Origin: Octopus bimaculoides
Taxonomy: Eukaryota
Assembly (NCBI RefSeq): GCF_001194135.2
Contig: NC_068983.1
Coordinates: 81,552,122 to 81,616,121, forward strand
Direction: 5' to 3'
DNA length: 64,000 nt
Shown here: positions 11,118 to 25,617 of the stretch, piece after piece
How positions within the stretch are numbered: position 1 is the first letter of the stretch
Layout of the letters: every line of letters begins with the position of its first letter
Position numbers and translations under genes: made by a program
The notes under the pieces: generated by a model
The model's database searches: none
What the model was told of the DNA's origin: nothing
The model's input: only the letters and a program-made list of their open reading frames with translations

Positions 11118-11545
11118 ATGATTTCAAATTTTGGTACAATCGTCAGCAATTTCGGGGAAGTGCTTAAATCGATTGCATCGACCCCAGTGCTCCGAAAGGA
11201 TGAAAGGCAAAGTCGATCTCGGTGAAAAGTGAACTCAGAATGTGAAGCCTGACGAAATGCCGCTCTACATTTCGTCCGGAGTGCTAACGATTCTGCCAGC
11301 TCGCTGCCTTAATAATCATTTCTACTAAAGGCACAAGGCCTGAAATTTGGGGAGGGGGGGGGGTAATCGATTACATCGACCCCCGCACCCAGTGCTTTAC
11401 TGGTATTTAATTTATCGACTCTCGAAAGGATGAAAGGCAAAGTCGGCCTCGGTGGAATTTGAACTCAGAAAGTAAAGACAGACGATATGCAGCGAAGCAT
11501 TTCGCCCGGTGTGCTAACGATTCTGCCAGCCAGCTCACCGCCTTA
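11118..11545 (-). mobile_element. Tandem family A SINE copies
   Basis: GAAAGGATGAAAGGCAAAGTCG...GAACTCAGAA...GTGCTAACGATTCTGCCAGCTCGC(T/C)GCCTTAAT occurs twice. Confidence 0.85.
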
Positions 11546-12739
11546 ATAACAACAACAACAATAATGATGATGATGATGATGATGATAAACAAGCCTGAGC
11601 GTAAACCATATTGTATTCACATGCAAGTTTGATTTTATGTTTGTATATGCGCGCACGCGTATTTGTGTGTGTGTGTGTGTGTGCATTATTGTGTGACAGT
11701 GTGTACACCCGTACATGTGTGCGCATCAATTGTCAGATTAACGGTGTCTATTGATGCCAGTGTCTGGTTATTAAAAGGCTTCCCTATGAAAGCATGTCTC
11801 TCGCATCAGAAGCATCGCTTCCTCCCTTTTTTTTTTTCCCTGATCCACATTGTCTACCTCTTCGCTTCTTTTAACTCATCCTTTTACCATTCTTGCTTGT
11901 ACAGATCGGTCAGTAGTTAGTTAATAGGGATTTTTTTCCCCCCCTCTTTTTTTTCTTTTTTTTTTTTTTGGAAAGTGGAAGGAGGCTGGCTTCAACGTAA
12001 ATGGTTCTGTAAATGGGCAGTAAGTACAATTGCAGCATCAGCAGTAGCAAGGGGAAGCAGCTGCAGCAATAACAACAACTGCATCGTCAGCAACGTTATT
12101 ATCATCATCATCATCATCATCGTCATCATCATCATCAGCCACAACATCAACAACAACAGCAGTAGCATCACTAGTAAACAAGAGCAGCAGCGTTTGGAGT
12201 TTCAGCAGCAATGGTAGCCAATTTGCATGCTATTCCAATTTGCGACTCAATGAACGACCAGATTGATATCGGACCGAGTACAAAAATAAAACAATCAAAA
12301 CAATAAACAACAACAACAACAACGCAAAAAACAAAGAAACAAAGAAAGAGAAAAAGAACGAATTTAAGGGTTTTGCTCTGTGACGGCTATTGACGGGCAG
12401 GGGAAGTATGGATTGTAGTGGCGTTGCACAATCGCTTCTTGCCTTGTGGCGTGGTGTTACTGTGTCTAATAGACTTTGGCAGTTGCAGGTCTAATGGCAG
12501 AGATGGTCTGGCGATGATAAGTCAGTGCAAGACGGACAAGAACGTCAGATGTAGCACGGCTTTATCACATGATACATCTTCACTCCTTACGATTTTGGCA
12601 GTTATGAGAATGGGAAAGTGGGAGTGTGGAGAAGAGGCTGTGGGAGTAGGAGAGAACTAGGGGAAGGGAAGAGGAGAATGGAGTAAGCGCGTATACAGTA
12701 TATAGGACATGGAAATAACTGAGTATATATCATATATAT

Positions 12740-12752
12740 TTGTGTGTTAGCA

Positions 12753-12813
<61 letters not shown>

Positions 12814-13029
12814 CAGACACATAGAAAAGACTGGAGTTCATGAGTATGTATGTATGCATGTGTGTGTATGGATATATATGTATATGTATGTATACCTATG
12901 TATGTGTGTATATATATATATATGTGTGTATGTATTAAGGGCACAACTACACGTAAATTAATTCTATATATACATATGTGTATATATACATATGCATATA
13001 TATACATATGTATATATATATATACATAC

Positions 13030-13060
<31 letters not shown>

Positions 13061-13065
13061 CATAC

Positions 13066-13098
<33 letters not shown>

Positions 13099-13107
13099 CA
13101 TACATAT

Positions 13108-13166
<59 letters not shown>

Positions 13167-13727
13167 TATATAAAGGGAGAGCTTGTGTGCGAGAGAAAGA
13201 GAGGCAGAGAAGATTTGAGTTCATGCGTTTCTGTGTGCGTGCGCGCGAACATGAAGAGAATGTGTGAGAGAAAGAGAGAAGGAAAGAAAGAGACAGAGAA
13301 AAGAAAGAGAGAGAGAGAGGGAGAGATTGATGGCAAAAGAAAGATGGATTCCAAATTTTCTGAAGATGGCCTGAATGAAGATGAAGGGGATTATATACAA
13401 AGAAAAAAAAGACGTGGTACGAAAAAGAGATGGGGAAATATAGAAGATAGGCACGGATAGTGACAGGCACAAAGCTAGTGAGGGAGCAAAGCAGATACAT
13501 ATATAGATTGTAAGAAAGCGAGAGAAAGAGCATTGATGAAAGAGAAAATGATAGATGTTTGTGAGTGGGGGAGAGAGATAATAGATTATGTGTATAATAT
13601 ATAGAGTATTGAGGCGTGAGGCAAATGCAGAGAGAAAGAGAGAGAGAGGCGGGTAGATAGAGATCGTAAGCAAAGACATGATTACAAATATAAAAGGAGG
13701 ATGATTGATAGAGTAAGAATAACAGTA

Positions 13728-13768
<41 letters not shown>

Positions 13769-13900
13769 TGTGAGAGAGCAAAAGAGTTACAGAGAAATGT
13801 AAAAAGAGCGAGTTAGAGCGAGGGAAAGAAATATATATATATATTATGCGTGAATGAGTGTGTATATGTGTGTGGTTGGCAAATGAGAGAGAGAAAATAA
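12740..13900. repeat. Compound (GA)n/(TA)n/(CATA)n microsatellite field and purine-rich tract
   Basis: Seen directly. This field produces the YIYI and ERER ORFs. Confidence 0.95.
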
Positions 13901-14563
13901 TTGATGAAAAATAAGAATGGGTGAGAGATAAAAGGAAACTGGAGGTTGAGGGAGATGGGAACAATGATAGAGCCGTAAATAATAGAATTACTATTTTGTT
14001 AACTTTGAATTAGGTTGAGTAAGTAATCAGTTCCTTCTATTTACATGTTCTGAACGAACCATTTCACCTTTGTCTGCTTCCTTTCTACACTTCTGTCGTC
14101 TTGCAAAGAAAGTAAAATAAGACATTCCTGTAACCAAAACTGGTACAAGTTAAACCTTATTATGATCATATCTAAATTTCATTGATAAGCTATTACTAAA
14201 CTAGTGTGAATTCATCAAAGAATTTTTATAATTTTCTATCAGATTTACATTTAAATTGCTCTGTTAGCGTTAATGGTATTTAACATGGTGAACATTTAAA
14301 AACTAACAAGGAATAATTAGGCAATCAGGGACAAAATATTTGTCAATGGGAAATATTCGTTTTCTTGATCAGCTTTTATAGAAGACAACGCCGGATATAC
14401 TTAAGCCTTCTTCTCACTTCATCAACGAAGTGTAGCTTTCACCGTTATTTGTTGATTTAGTAATACAAGATTCTACACTTCATTTACAATTGTTCTGTAT
14501 TTGGAGTTTCTAGTGTCAGTAACATAATCTGGTGTGTGTATATGTGTGTGTGTACGCGTGTAT

Positions 14564-14596
<33 letters not shown>

Positions 14597-15699
14597 TATC
14601 TGGACAATCAAGCCAGAAACACACCTGATCCTTCGGATGTTTAGTTTTGTGGGTTGAATTGACCACAGCTTCTGAGCAATGTTGGTTCTCATTGGCCGTT
14701 CACACTGCGTAATTAGCTGATGTCTCTTCAGCTTTCTTTGGTTTGTATACTTCTGACTGCGTTACTGCTTGTCTATTTGTTTCTGAGTGTATGCATGTAT
14801 ATGTGTTTATGAGAACCATAACATATGAAAATAAACAACCTTGGTCCCTGTCGGTATATCTACAATATTTTTGGGAACAGCTCTTTAGGTGTTGCTTAAT
14901 TTTCATTCTGAAAGGTTTTAGAACGGGCACAAGAAAAAAGGAAAATAGCATTATGTCTATCCCTTGAACTTGTAGTGGGTGTTACAAACTGAGCCCTTGG
15001 ATAAGCGGTCAAACATCACGAGAAAACCATCATAGTTTCACGGGATCGGCCTATCGCCCGACTAGTCAGTGTGAAGCGATGGTGAGGACGTCTTCTCGGA
15101 CATTCTAGAATTTGACTTTCGTTTTCTTATACAAAACGTTCGGCGCACATTTTTAGCAGTCACTCAACCCAAGAAGGCAGCTAAAACAGATGGCGCAAGT
15201 AAATGACAAACCACCGTTTCTATGAAGATGGCACAGTTGTTTCCGGTTATGTTGGACAAACCACTTATTGTCGTATCAATAGCTTGACGTAAATTCCAAG
15301 CATTGTATCTCTTCCAGTATGTATTTATCTGTAAAAGCTCAACACTGCTTGTCTTTATGCGCGACAATAAAATTTTCTGTTAAATGTTCACAGATGTTGT
15401 TCAGTTACTTGTATACGCAGGACAAGAAACATATTTTCAATCATGAACTCAACGAGCCACCACCACAGACTGAGACAAACTTATTCTTTTGTTCCCAACA
15501 GAAACAAGTATAACTCAACAATTTAGCTGCATATTACAGTTGTGTGCTGTTATTTAATCTCATGTAATATCCGAGTGTCCACAATGAGGAGTACAAGCAA
15601 TAGTTAAAAATAGAAAAAGGACCCCTGTGTTTGTGTAGATAAGATGATAAGTTCATTATTTACACCATTTCTGTATCATCTTCAAGTGAAGATATAGTC

Positions 15700-15940
15700 C
15701 CGTCACAAAATATGCACATGCACACTTCAAAAGCTGAACTCGTATTTATACATCTGTGGATATATATACACATACATACATACACACACACATATACATA
15801 CATACATACATGTACACATATATATATATATATACATATATACATATACATACATATATATATATACATATGCAAACATACATATATGTATATATATACA
15901 TACATACATATATACACAACACATATATATATATACACAT

Positions 15941-15972
<32 letters not shown>

Positions 15973-16020
15973 CATACATATATACACAACACATATATAT
16001 ATATACACACACACACACAT
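15700..16020. repeat. (TA)/(CA) compound microsatellite with internal duplication
   Basis: Seen directly. Confidence 0.95.
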
Positions 16021-17800
16021 CAGTTTAGAAACAGGCATAGGTGACTGTGTGTTCAAGAAATTTATTTCGCAACTACGTAGTTCCGAGTCGGATCCCATTG
16101 CACAGTACTTTGGTCAAGCGACCTCTACAATAACTTCACATTTTCCAACACCTTATGAGTGGAATTTTAGTAGATGGAAACTGTGTAGAAGCCCATCAGT
16201 TCTACACGCATGCATGCACGCACACACATATATATAGGTAATATTTGTGTGCATATGTACAGGGCCAGCAACACACAGTAAGCAAGCAAATTGGGTGGTC
16301 GCTGAAGGTGTTGAAGTCGAGACCCAACAAATGATAGAAAGTTTCTTAATCCAATTAAAAACGCGAAAGCGATCAAGGGAGGTCACTCCCAGAACAAAGA
16401 CAAAAAAAACACAGGAGTGGCGATGAGAGGCTTATGTAATGTTATGGACTTGTCTCATGGTTTAGTGAGGAATATCTCAAATATTACCCGTTAATAGATT
16501 TACTCATTGATACGCTTGATCATATTACTGTAGATTTCTTGTTCGCAGGATAATTAACATTTTGACTGCATTTTGCAATTGATGTAATGAGAATAATCAT
16601 TGGACGGTGAAGCACTAGTTGAGAGGAGGCCATATCGTTGGCCTAGGGCGTTGAAAACAATAGCAGCAACCCAGTGTGTGTGTGTGTGGTGAGAGAAAGA
16701 AAGGGAGAAAGACATGTATGTAGTAGTCTGTGCATATCTGTGTCAGTGTTTATGTTGTAGTTGTGTGTGTGATGTAACTTGACAGACAGATAACGAGAGA
16801 GCAATGAAATAAGACTGAAGTAAGTGGTGGAATCAATATAATCAACTAAAACTCTTAAAAGCAGTACTCCAAACATGACTGCAGTGCAATGGACGAAACC
16901 ACTAAACGATCCTAACCTGATAATGATTTGATAAAATTCAGTACACTTTGTACAGGTAGATTATCCAAAAATCATAATTTGGACTTTATAGTTTGGCAAA
17001 GAAATATGCGTCTTGTTTACAGCCACAATGTCAAAAGTCCTAATTGTTAATTACCCTGCTATTGAATCTAACATTCAAGCACACACACTCCTTCTCATAC
17101 ATATTCCTTTCTTATAAACTATCCCCCACCACACATACACAGATAGACAGTGGTGGAAATGGGTTTTAGTAACTCGAAATACGCTTAGGCCCGTGAAGTT
17201 AATTTTGGGAAGAAGTACCTCCTTCTTGTAATCAAAAATGCGGGGACGCAGTTCTCTGTGGATCCTTTCCTCATTTCCCCTCACTGCTCTATGATGAAAT
17301 ATTGATTAAATGTCTAAGGCAATAATTATTTCTTTTGGGGGCAGGGAAGACGGTGCTATTCACCCCATTCTTAGAGATTAAACATTTAAAGTAAAGTTTA
17401 CATTTACACAGAATTCCGATCTATTTGATTTCAAATGGTCATCGGGTGTTTTATTTCTGAACAAATGCATAGTACGGTTAAGAGTTGCCATGAGACTGAA
17501 AAACAACAAAGACGACAATCGCTTTTCCTTTTCTTATTTTTTAATATCTAATATTATAATGTTCTGTATGAAAGATTGCATTATACCTATCTTTCTGAGG
17601 TGGCGAGCTTAGCAGAATCCTTAGTACGCCCGACAAAATGTTATTCAACCATATCTTTTAGGCAGCTGTATTGAGTTGGTATCAACTTTGAGCTGACTGA
17701 ATGATTAGGTTGTCGGCAAACATTATTTACACGTACACTATCCTTGATTCCAAGTTTCCGCTGTGATTGTCGATCATTTTCTATTACGTAATATGATATA

Positions 17801-17836
17801 CTAGCTGCCCCCCCCCGTGCCGTCAAAAATGACCGC
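17801..17836 (-). mobile_element. Possible Helitron 3' terminus (hairpin plus CTAG|T)
   Basis: On the minus strand, GCGGTCA-tttt-TGACGGC hairpin (one mismatch), followed by ...CAGCTAG|T. Confidence 0.35.
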
Positions 17837-19771
17837 TAATTGTAGTGTTTTATATATAAATATGGATGGTAAATCAAAATTAATACACTTGTCAATGTTC
17901 ACATACATTTACGTACTCCCCTTCCTCATTCATATGTTGTAACGGAGAAAAACACAAGGGTATTATTACAGTAGATGATTTTTTTTCTCCCCATTTAGCC
18001 ATACCTGCATTTCTTTCCAACCGGAGTATTTCCTTTTTCATTACGGCTTTTCGATGTTCTTTTTCGCATCTCAAGTGGCCTCCTAATTTGTTCTTAACAA
18101 GATCGGATAAGAATGTTACATAGATGCATTGGCTCGGGAACAAGAAGTGGAGGTGGATGCAAGCGCAAACTCCTAAAATTTTGGTGAGTTCAAATTCCGC
18201 CGGGATCGACTATGCCTTTCATCCTTTCGGAGTCGATAGTTGCGTACTGGCGTCGATCTAATCGACTGATCCCCTCCCCTAAAATTTCGGGCCTTGTGCT
18301 AGAGTAGAAAAGAATATTAAGACTGAAAAAATCGACTTTGTTTGTAATAGAATTGGACCTGGGTTTGTAACCCGCTAAGCAAATTTCATTCCCGAACTTA
18401 TTCGTAGATGCAGTTCTTACGTTCTAGTAATTCATTAATGGGTTTAGCTGAGGGAAAGAATCTCCGAAGTGGCGTATTACTTTTTAACTGAGTTCTGATG
18501 TATGTGTTGCAGATTTTCTGAATTTTCTCAGAACTAACACTTGCAGTAAAGCAGAGATACACGAGAGTGTGATTTAACTGCCAATTTCTACTCGAGTGTG
18601 GATGAAAGCCTTACGTCACGAGCCAGTCATTTATTATTTTAGATTGTGTTTAAGGAGACCCTTTTCTTTTGAATAAGCTAATAAACTAGTGCAGATTAGT
18701 TTTGTCAGAAATTGGTGACAATTCCTTTCGTAACAGAGGTGAGACTCAGTTTAAATAGAATCCAGTGGCTATACTTAGACATTCCAGGCAAGACTATCCT
18801 GTTTTATTCAAGTATAGTGATTGAAAACATACATTATAGCCTTCTTTCTTATGAACAGGTCATGTCAAGTACCTAACTATAATAGAGGTTCCTTCAAGGG
18901 CTTGTGTGAAAGGATGTTTTTGTTGCTTAGCTCATATCAACTCCGACTGAGACGACCTATGATCAAATGTCCTCCAGCTGTGACAATTCTGTCTTTCTGG
19001 ATATATATAGAATTACGTTATTTAATGTATTTTTCCTTGATTACGATTGAAGTTGGTATATTTTTAAAAAATAAGATATTTTTAACATGATGATTTTTTA
19101 AATCATATTTTGTTTTAGACAAATTTTGTTGTTATATCTCTTAATGTTGTTACTAGGATTAACGCGGATAAAACTGAAACCAAATTTTTGTATTAGAGGT
19201 AGAGAAAAATTTCGCATTTTCTTTTAAATTACTTTATTTTTTATTCTTTTCTTGTATGTAAATGTATGTGTGTATGATTTAACGAAATTCATAAAATAGA
19301 TAACTTTTATGGAAACGAAAAGAAAAAAACGAAAAATGTAAACTATTTGAAAATATACAATATTTAGAATTGTCCTTTCATGAATGTTTTCCATTCAATG
19401 TAGTGGAATATGTCTTTTTAGTTCATGTGAAGTTAATTAAGTGTATGTTTCTCTGATGTTAACAAACAGATTCATGCTGGGATAGTATAATTGTAATTAG
19501 CTATCTCTTCCGTTGATTTCTTAATGGCTGCAAGATTTCAAAGCTTTTGATAAATTTTTAATAATCACATTCTCGCGTCTTTGTATTAAGTTCAATATTG
19601 GATCACTATCATCTCTCTCTCACTCTTTCCCTCCCCCTCTCTCTCTATTTATCTTATACATATAAACGCGCATACATCACTTGTTCTATCCATATACATA
19701 CATACATATACATATATATATATCAATGTGCGTGCGTGTTTGCAAGTGTTTGTATGCACAAGTGTGTGTGC

Positions 19772-19814
<43 letters not shown>

Positions 19815-22574
19815 CGTATATATATTCTTGTCTGTAATTAATTATCCCTGGATAATATAGAAATATAAAGGTGAAACAAGCAATGATCTTGGCAGGGGTG
19901 TCATAACACTTGTTCATGCACATCCAATAGTTTGAAGGTTGATCTTTGTTAGAAGTAGGTGCCCATTTTACCAAGTAAACAATGTTATGTCTAACAAAGA
20001 ACACGTACATATCAATACATAAATGCATTCGTACACATATACACGCGCATGTACATACGTGTATACATCTGCTGTTTTATTTGCTTCTTTGATAGCCTCT
20101 CATCTTTCTGTCATTCTCTCTTCATTTTCATTATATTATGCTGCTAGGGTAACTAAGGATGATGTTGAAACTTCTCCTACTTGCTGAACCATGCTTCCAG
20201 TGCAACTAAGGATAAAATTGGACCTCTCTGACTGTCTCATCTCTCCAACACACAAGCTAATCCGTTATCCGCTTCACTCTGTTTCTCTCACCAATAATTT
20301 TGCATATGCATAAGGGATTGCATCAAATATGCTTACCTTCAATACACTTTATCATTAATCTTTGTACATTTCCTGTTTTAAGGTGTTATTAGTGTGTCGT
20401 CATTGAGGCGGTGTTAGTTTGTTGCGGGGCCCACCCCAATAATGAACCGCAATGAGTACATCGCTGAAATTCGTTTATTTGTTATTTCTGTAATTTTATT
20501 TATATTGCATATGAAAGTTTTTTTCTAATGGTCGCCAGTAGTGTACGACTATAACTAAAAAAAAAAAAGAAGTTAGTTATACTTAAACCATGAACAGAAG
20601 AGATTAGTGTTGTTTGATACCCAGGAATAAGTCATTTCTCAGTATTCAAGATGTCCTTTGTACTCTGGGCTGAAATTCAGTAAGGGAGAACTCCACGTTG
20701 CTTTCGTTATGTTGGACCTTCCTCTCTGGTTTGATCTTTGGTAGGCTTTCGTCTTACTTCCCTTCTTGCATGGGAAAAGATCATAGAAGATTCGATCATG
20801 TTCTACATGGCGTGATGTTTCTGCAAGCTGATAGTCTGGTCATCAGGGAACGTCACCGGACCAAAATGAGGTTTTAGCTGATAACTGAACATGTGTCGTT
20901 TCAAATCAAACTCTCACTATGCAGTCGTCATTCCCTCACCACTTGGCCACTTGTCATCAACAACCATGATTCATCGACTGTTTATCTTTCTGATAATATC
21001 CATCACTCACTTACCTCTAAACAGTCAACTCCTTCCAATCTCATTGTTTCTATCACAATACTCTTGCTCTCTTCACCTACTTACCCCCAATTTTGTCACC
21101 ACTCTCCTCTATAGACTTATGGTCACCCTCCCATGAATCACAGAAAACATCATATTATAGTGAGCACTCTTTACCTTGAAAATCTCAAAGCAACCCCACT
21201 AGTGCTGGGGCCGCAATAAAAATAAAATTCCTCCAGTACCCTCTGTAAAGTGGTTGGTGAGCAAGCAGGGACAGTGTGGTGTTGGAAACGACTCTTTAGG
21301 CTGACGATGGACATGACAATCTCTCTAGTTTTGGTGCCATGTTAAAATGCACCCTCTTCACTCTGTAATATGGCTGTTGCTAGGAAGGGTATTGAACCGT
21401 AGAATCTACATAAAAATTGCAATGTATGAATGAAACATGAACATCTGACCCATCTTTCAGGGCAGTGACTCCAAATAAGAGCAGACTTAGACTGTGACAA
21501 TTTATCCAATCTATGCTAGCATAGAAAGCAAATACAAAAATTATAACACACACACGTGTGTGTGTGTTCTGATAGAAGCACACTCAACCACTGAGAAAGT
21601 GTAGTACTCTTTATACATCTTAAATTACAGAAAGCGTCTGAACTTAATCAGTCGTTTAAACATCATCAAAGTGTTGCAGGTTTGTGAGGCTTTATTGTTG
21701 ATAGGAAGATTTTCTAGTTATTGAGGTGTTGTAATACATCCACAATGCGTGTTCATAATATAATGTAATCATTATTGTATCCTGCCTGAAGAGTTATTTT
21801 TCATACATGATCATCCATTTTATAGCTAGGGTGCATTTGGTTTATATAGTATATCTTTTGTCTGTTTTGTGCATGTTTGTTTTGTACTGGGTGTTGTGCT
21901 ATTTATTGTGTTGAAAATATTTCTATCTCTCATAACATGTCTCTAAAACAAGTAGTCATTGAAACATTCAGCACAAAATAAAACAAATTAAGAAAAATAT
22001 CTAGTTGATAACACAACTATCTTATAAATAACTGAAAGCCATATTAATAGTAAAATTTAACAAAGATAGTAGACCTGAACAACATCAGAGAACATGATCA
22101 AAATATCCTCTCTCCTACCTCCACCTTATTGCTGAAAGAAATCTTACACCGATGATTAGAAAATTTCAAGTTTAGTGATAACAAATTAGGAACAGATACC
22201 AATTCTATTCCTATGATTCTTGCCTACAATAACAAAAAAAAAAAAAATACAGCAATAATAGAGAGTAATTGTTAATCTGAAACAATACAACAATAACAGT
22301 ATATAATCCAGAAGATAAAACTGGGAAAGTGTTGAAATGTCCATAGACCTAAATGATTTAATGTTCCATGCAAAACATAAAAGACTAATAAGTAATTGGG
22401 GAAAATCCTTGAAAAATTTAATCTAAAACTGGAGCGAAGTTGTGTTTTCAATAAAACACACATCCATATCGACACAGGCACATATATATTTCTGTATGGT
22501 TGTGCTTCTGTTCATGGATGTAAATATGATTGTTTGTATATATGTATGTATGTATATGTACACACAGGCATATG

Positions 22575-22615
<41 letters not shown>

Positions 22616-22769
22616 GAGTCATATTATGAAATATTTATACCCCTATATCCTTCTATTATTCCTTCAATCTCTCATCAACTGACACAAAGCCATGCCCCTC
22701 AGTGCTATTTCCCCCATTGGAGAGGACTCTGTTTTCCAAGTTACTTGGTAACCGCAACAGTGCTGGTGT

Positions 22770-23210
22770 CATGAAAAAAAACACCCAGTATATTCTGTAA
22801 AGTGTTTGGCATTAGGAAGGGCATCAGGCTGTAGGAACCATGGCAAAACAGACAATAGAACTTGGCACAGTTCTCTGTTTTGCCAGCTCTTATCAAACTA
22901 CTTCGCCCATGCCAGCATGTAAAACAGACGTTAGATAACATTGATGGTTATGATGATGATATATATATATGTGTGTGTGTGTGTGTATAAATATATCTAT
23001 ATGTAATATAAAGTGAAATTTTAGTTGTAGCCAGTAAAAGGCATACACTACACTCTTGGAGTGGTTGGTGTTAGGAAGGGCATCCAGCCGTAGAATCCCA
23101 AACCAAATCAGACTGTTACCTGATACAGCTCACTAGCTTACCTGTTCCAGTCAAACCGTCTAACCCATGCCAGCATGGAAAACAGATGCTAAATGATGAT
23201 GATGAGGATG
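22770..23210 (+). mobile_element. Two family C copies (RTE 3'-end / RTE-tailed SINE, (GAT)n tail)
   Basis: GG(C/T)(A/G)TTAGGAAGGGCATC..CCATGCCAGCATG(G/T)AAA..GACGTTA..GATGATGAT. Confidence 0.8.
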
Positions 23211-23240
23211 TGTACTTGTGTATATGTGTGTATATATATG

Positions 23241-23322
23241 TATGTATGCATGTGTATATGAATGTGTGTATGCATGTGTATATGAATGTGTGTATGCATG
23301 TGTATATGAATGTGTGTATGCA
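23241..23322. repeat. 24-bp minisatellite (GTATGCATGTGTATATGAATGTGT), about 3.3 units
   Basis: Seen directly. Confidence 0.9.
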
Positions 23323-23982
23323 TATTACAATATTTCTACAACAGTCTCAAGTAAGACAATACTCTTTGCCTATTCCTACAATTTATATATATATTTCTTT
23401 TTATTTCCCTAACAAGCTCAAAAACAACATAGGCATCACATAACATTTTACACAGCTTTCGTATAGCTGCTCAATTTGGAAGTTATAACGAAGACAGATC
23501 TACTAAGTAAGACAAGAGGCAAAGACGGTGGGAAGTGTGAAAAGTCTGAAATAATAGCTAAACAGACAGTAAGAAAAGAACAAAGCGGGATGCCATGGGG
23601 GAGAAAATGTATACTTCCATGTATTATGATGCAGGTGGACAGGCGATCTTGCATTCAGAAATCACTGACTGTGGTGAATGGATGGGTGTGTGAGAAGAAA
23701 AGATAAAAAGAAAAATGGAAGAAATGTGTAGGATTCTGAGAAGTGTTACAAATAAATGTTTTCCAAAATTACTGTAAGGAGGGGAATTCTCTGACATGGT
23801 GATCCAACGGAAGGAATGGCAATAGAGATGGATCAAAGTATCTTCTGCATACATGGCAATTAGGAAAATGAGAGTTCTTGTGTGTGTGTTGCTGTGAAAA
23901 ATGTTAAAGGCTTAAAAATATAGGGTTTTGTGTTAAGTTACATCACTTAGCTAATAAGATTATCTGTGTCTGTGTATTAACA

Positions 23983-24017
<35 letters not shown>

Positions 24018-25019
24018 GTGTATGTGAGTATGTTTATACATATATATACATACACACATTCCTTGTGTGTGTGTGTGAGTGAGAGAGAGAGAGAGAGAGA
24101 AAGCAAATGTGTGACTGTTTTTTTTTTTGTTTCAAGCTGATGACTGTCATATCAGCCTACACAGCCTATGACTATAATAGCTAAGATGATTATATTTTGA
24201 CTCAGGGGAGTCTGTAATGTACTAAATATTGTAGTATAGGGTTTTAAAGTTAATTGATAATAGCATGTAATAATTGTATATATTGGGTCTTCAAATCTGT
24301 TCTGGCATACCAAGATGTACCTGAACACTGTATCACAGCTGATTAAGTTGGGAGAATATTACTCAGCTAACTAAAGCCACACGGGTTATGTTCTCTCTCT
24401 ACCATATTGCACGGTACTGTCTTCCCATTTCAAGAGGAAAATATCACCCAGAAAAAAAGAAACAAATGACAAACTTGATGCTGTCTCCTTTACCAAGGGC
24501 AAAGAGTAGCCCACACCACATCAGATCACAGTCAAAATAAAAGAAATGGAAATGCATCACAGAAAAAAGAGCCAGCATTCATTATCCTATAGTTGAAACA
24601 AGCCTCAGTACTTCATAAGCCCATTAAAGCAAGGAGGAGTCAAATGCTGGTTGATGCAAGCATCTACTCTTGCTTGGATTGGGTTTATAGAAAGAAACCA
24701 GTACTTTTATTGTGACACCATCACTAGAAAGGTTGCTACCCAAGGCTGCAGATGCTCCTTCTCCTCATGGGGTGATACTGTACCATGTCAGACAACAACC
24801 TGGTACTTCATGCACCCTGCATTAAAATAAAATCATTCTTTTTATCTTAATTTCTTCTTCTTCTTAATCCTTTACACGAAGTGGCTTCTTGCCTTGTTTG
24901 GGACTTGCTTATAAAAATAGAAAAGACAAAAATCTTAAGCAAATTTCTTAACTCTTACTACTTCAGTTCTTCTATTAGTAAGCAATGAATCGTTTCTCTT
25001 TGGTGAACCTGCAAGTGTT

Positions 25020-25255
25020 AATCATCATCGTTTAACGTCTGCCTTCCATGCTAGCATGGGTTGGACGATTTGACTGAGGACTGGTGAACCAGATGGCTAC
25101 ACCAGGCTCCAATCTGATTTGGCAGAGTTTCTACAGCTGGATGCCCTTCCTAACGCCAACCACTCCGAGAGTGTAGTGGGTGCTTTTACGTGCCACCGGC
25201 ACAAAGGCCAGTCAGGCTGTACTGGCAATGGCCACGCTCAAAATGGTGTATTTTA
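25020..25255 (-). mobile_element. Family C copy, relatively young
   Basis: ATCATCATCGTTTAACGTC...GGATGCCCTTCCTAACGCCAACCACTCCGAGAG. Nearly the reverse complement of part of 28693-29060. Confidence 0.85.
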
Positions 25256-25579
25256 AATTTATGTAAAAACAGCTGAGTTTTCCTTAAGCACATATATCTT
25301 GAGTGTTCAGATGTACAAGTTTTCTATTTGTCCCAGTTTTCAAACATTAATCCTAGTTTCCAGAAAGAAAAATTCAGGATGGTGATTTATTCTGGTGTTT
25401 TAGGTAATTGCAACATAAAAGACACAGGTTAGCCATTCAGAAACACACAGCAGCTGTCAACTCCACTTAAACATTTAATTGTAAAATGGTGTCCGAAATT
25501 CTCATCGCTCAAGACTGTAACCTGTTGAGGAAAACTGCCTGGTGCCTGGGCATGCAAGTCTCCTCTCTCCATACTACTA

Positions 25580-25617
<38 letters not shown>

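Noticed and set aside
12602-13964. [12 protein letters not shown] and SLSL ORFs here and throughout the window
   Set aside because: Translations of dinucleotide microsatellites.
17075-17290. Minus-strand frame RGNEERIHRELRPRIFDYKKE with a possible donor
   Set aside because: Weak acceptor and no recognisable homology.
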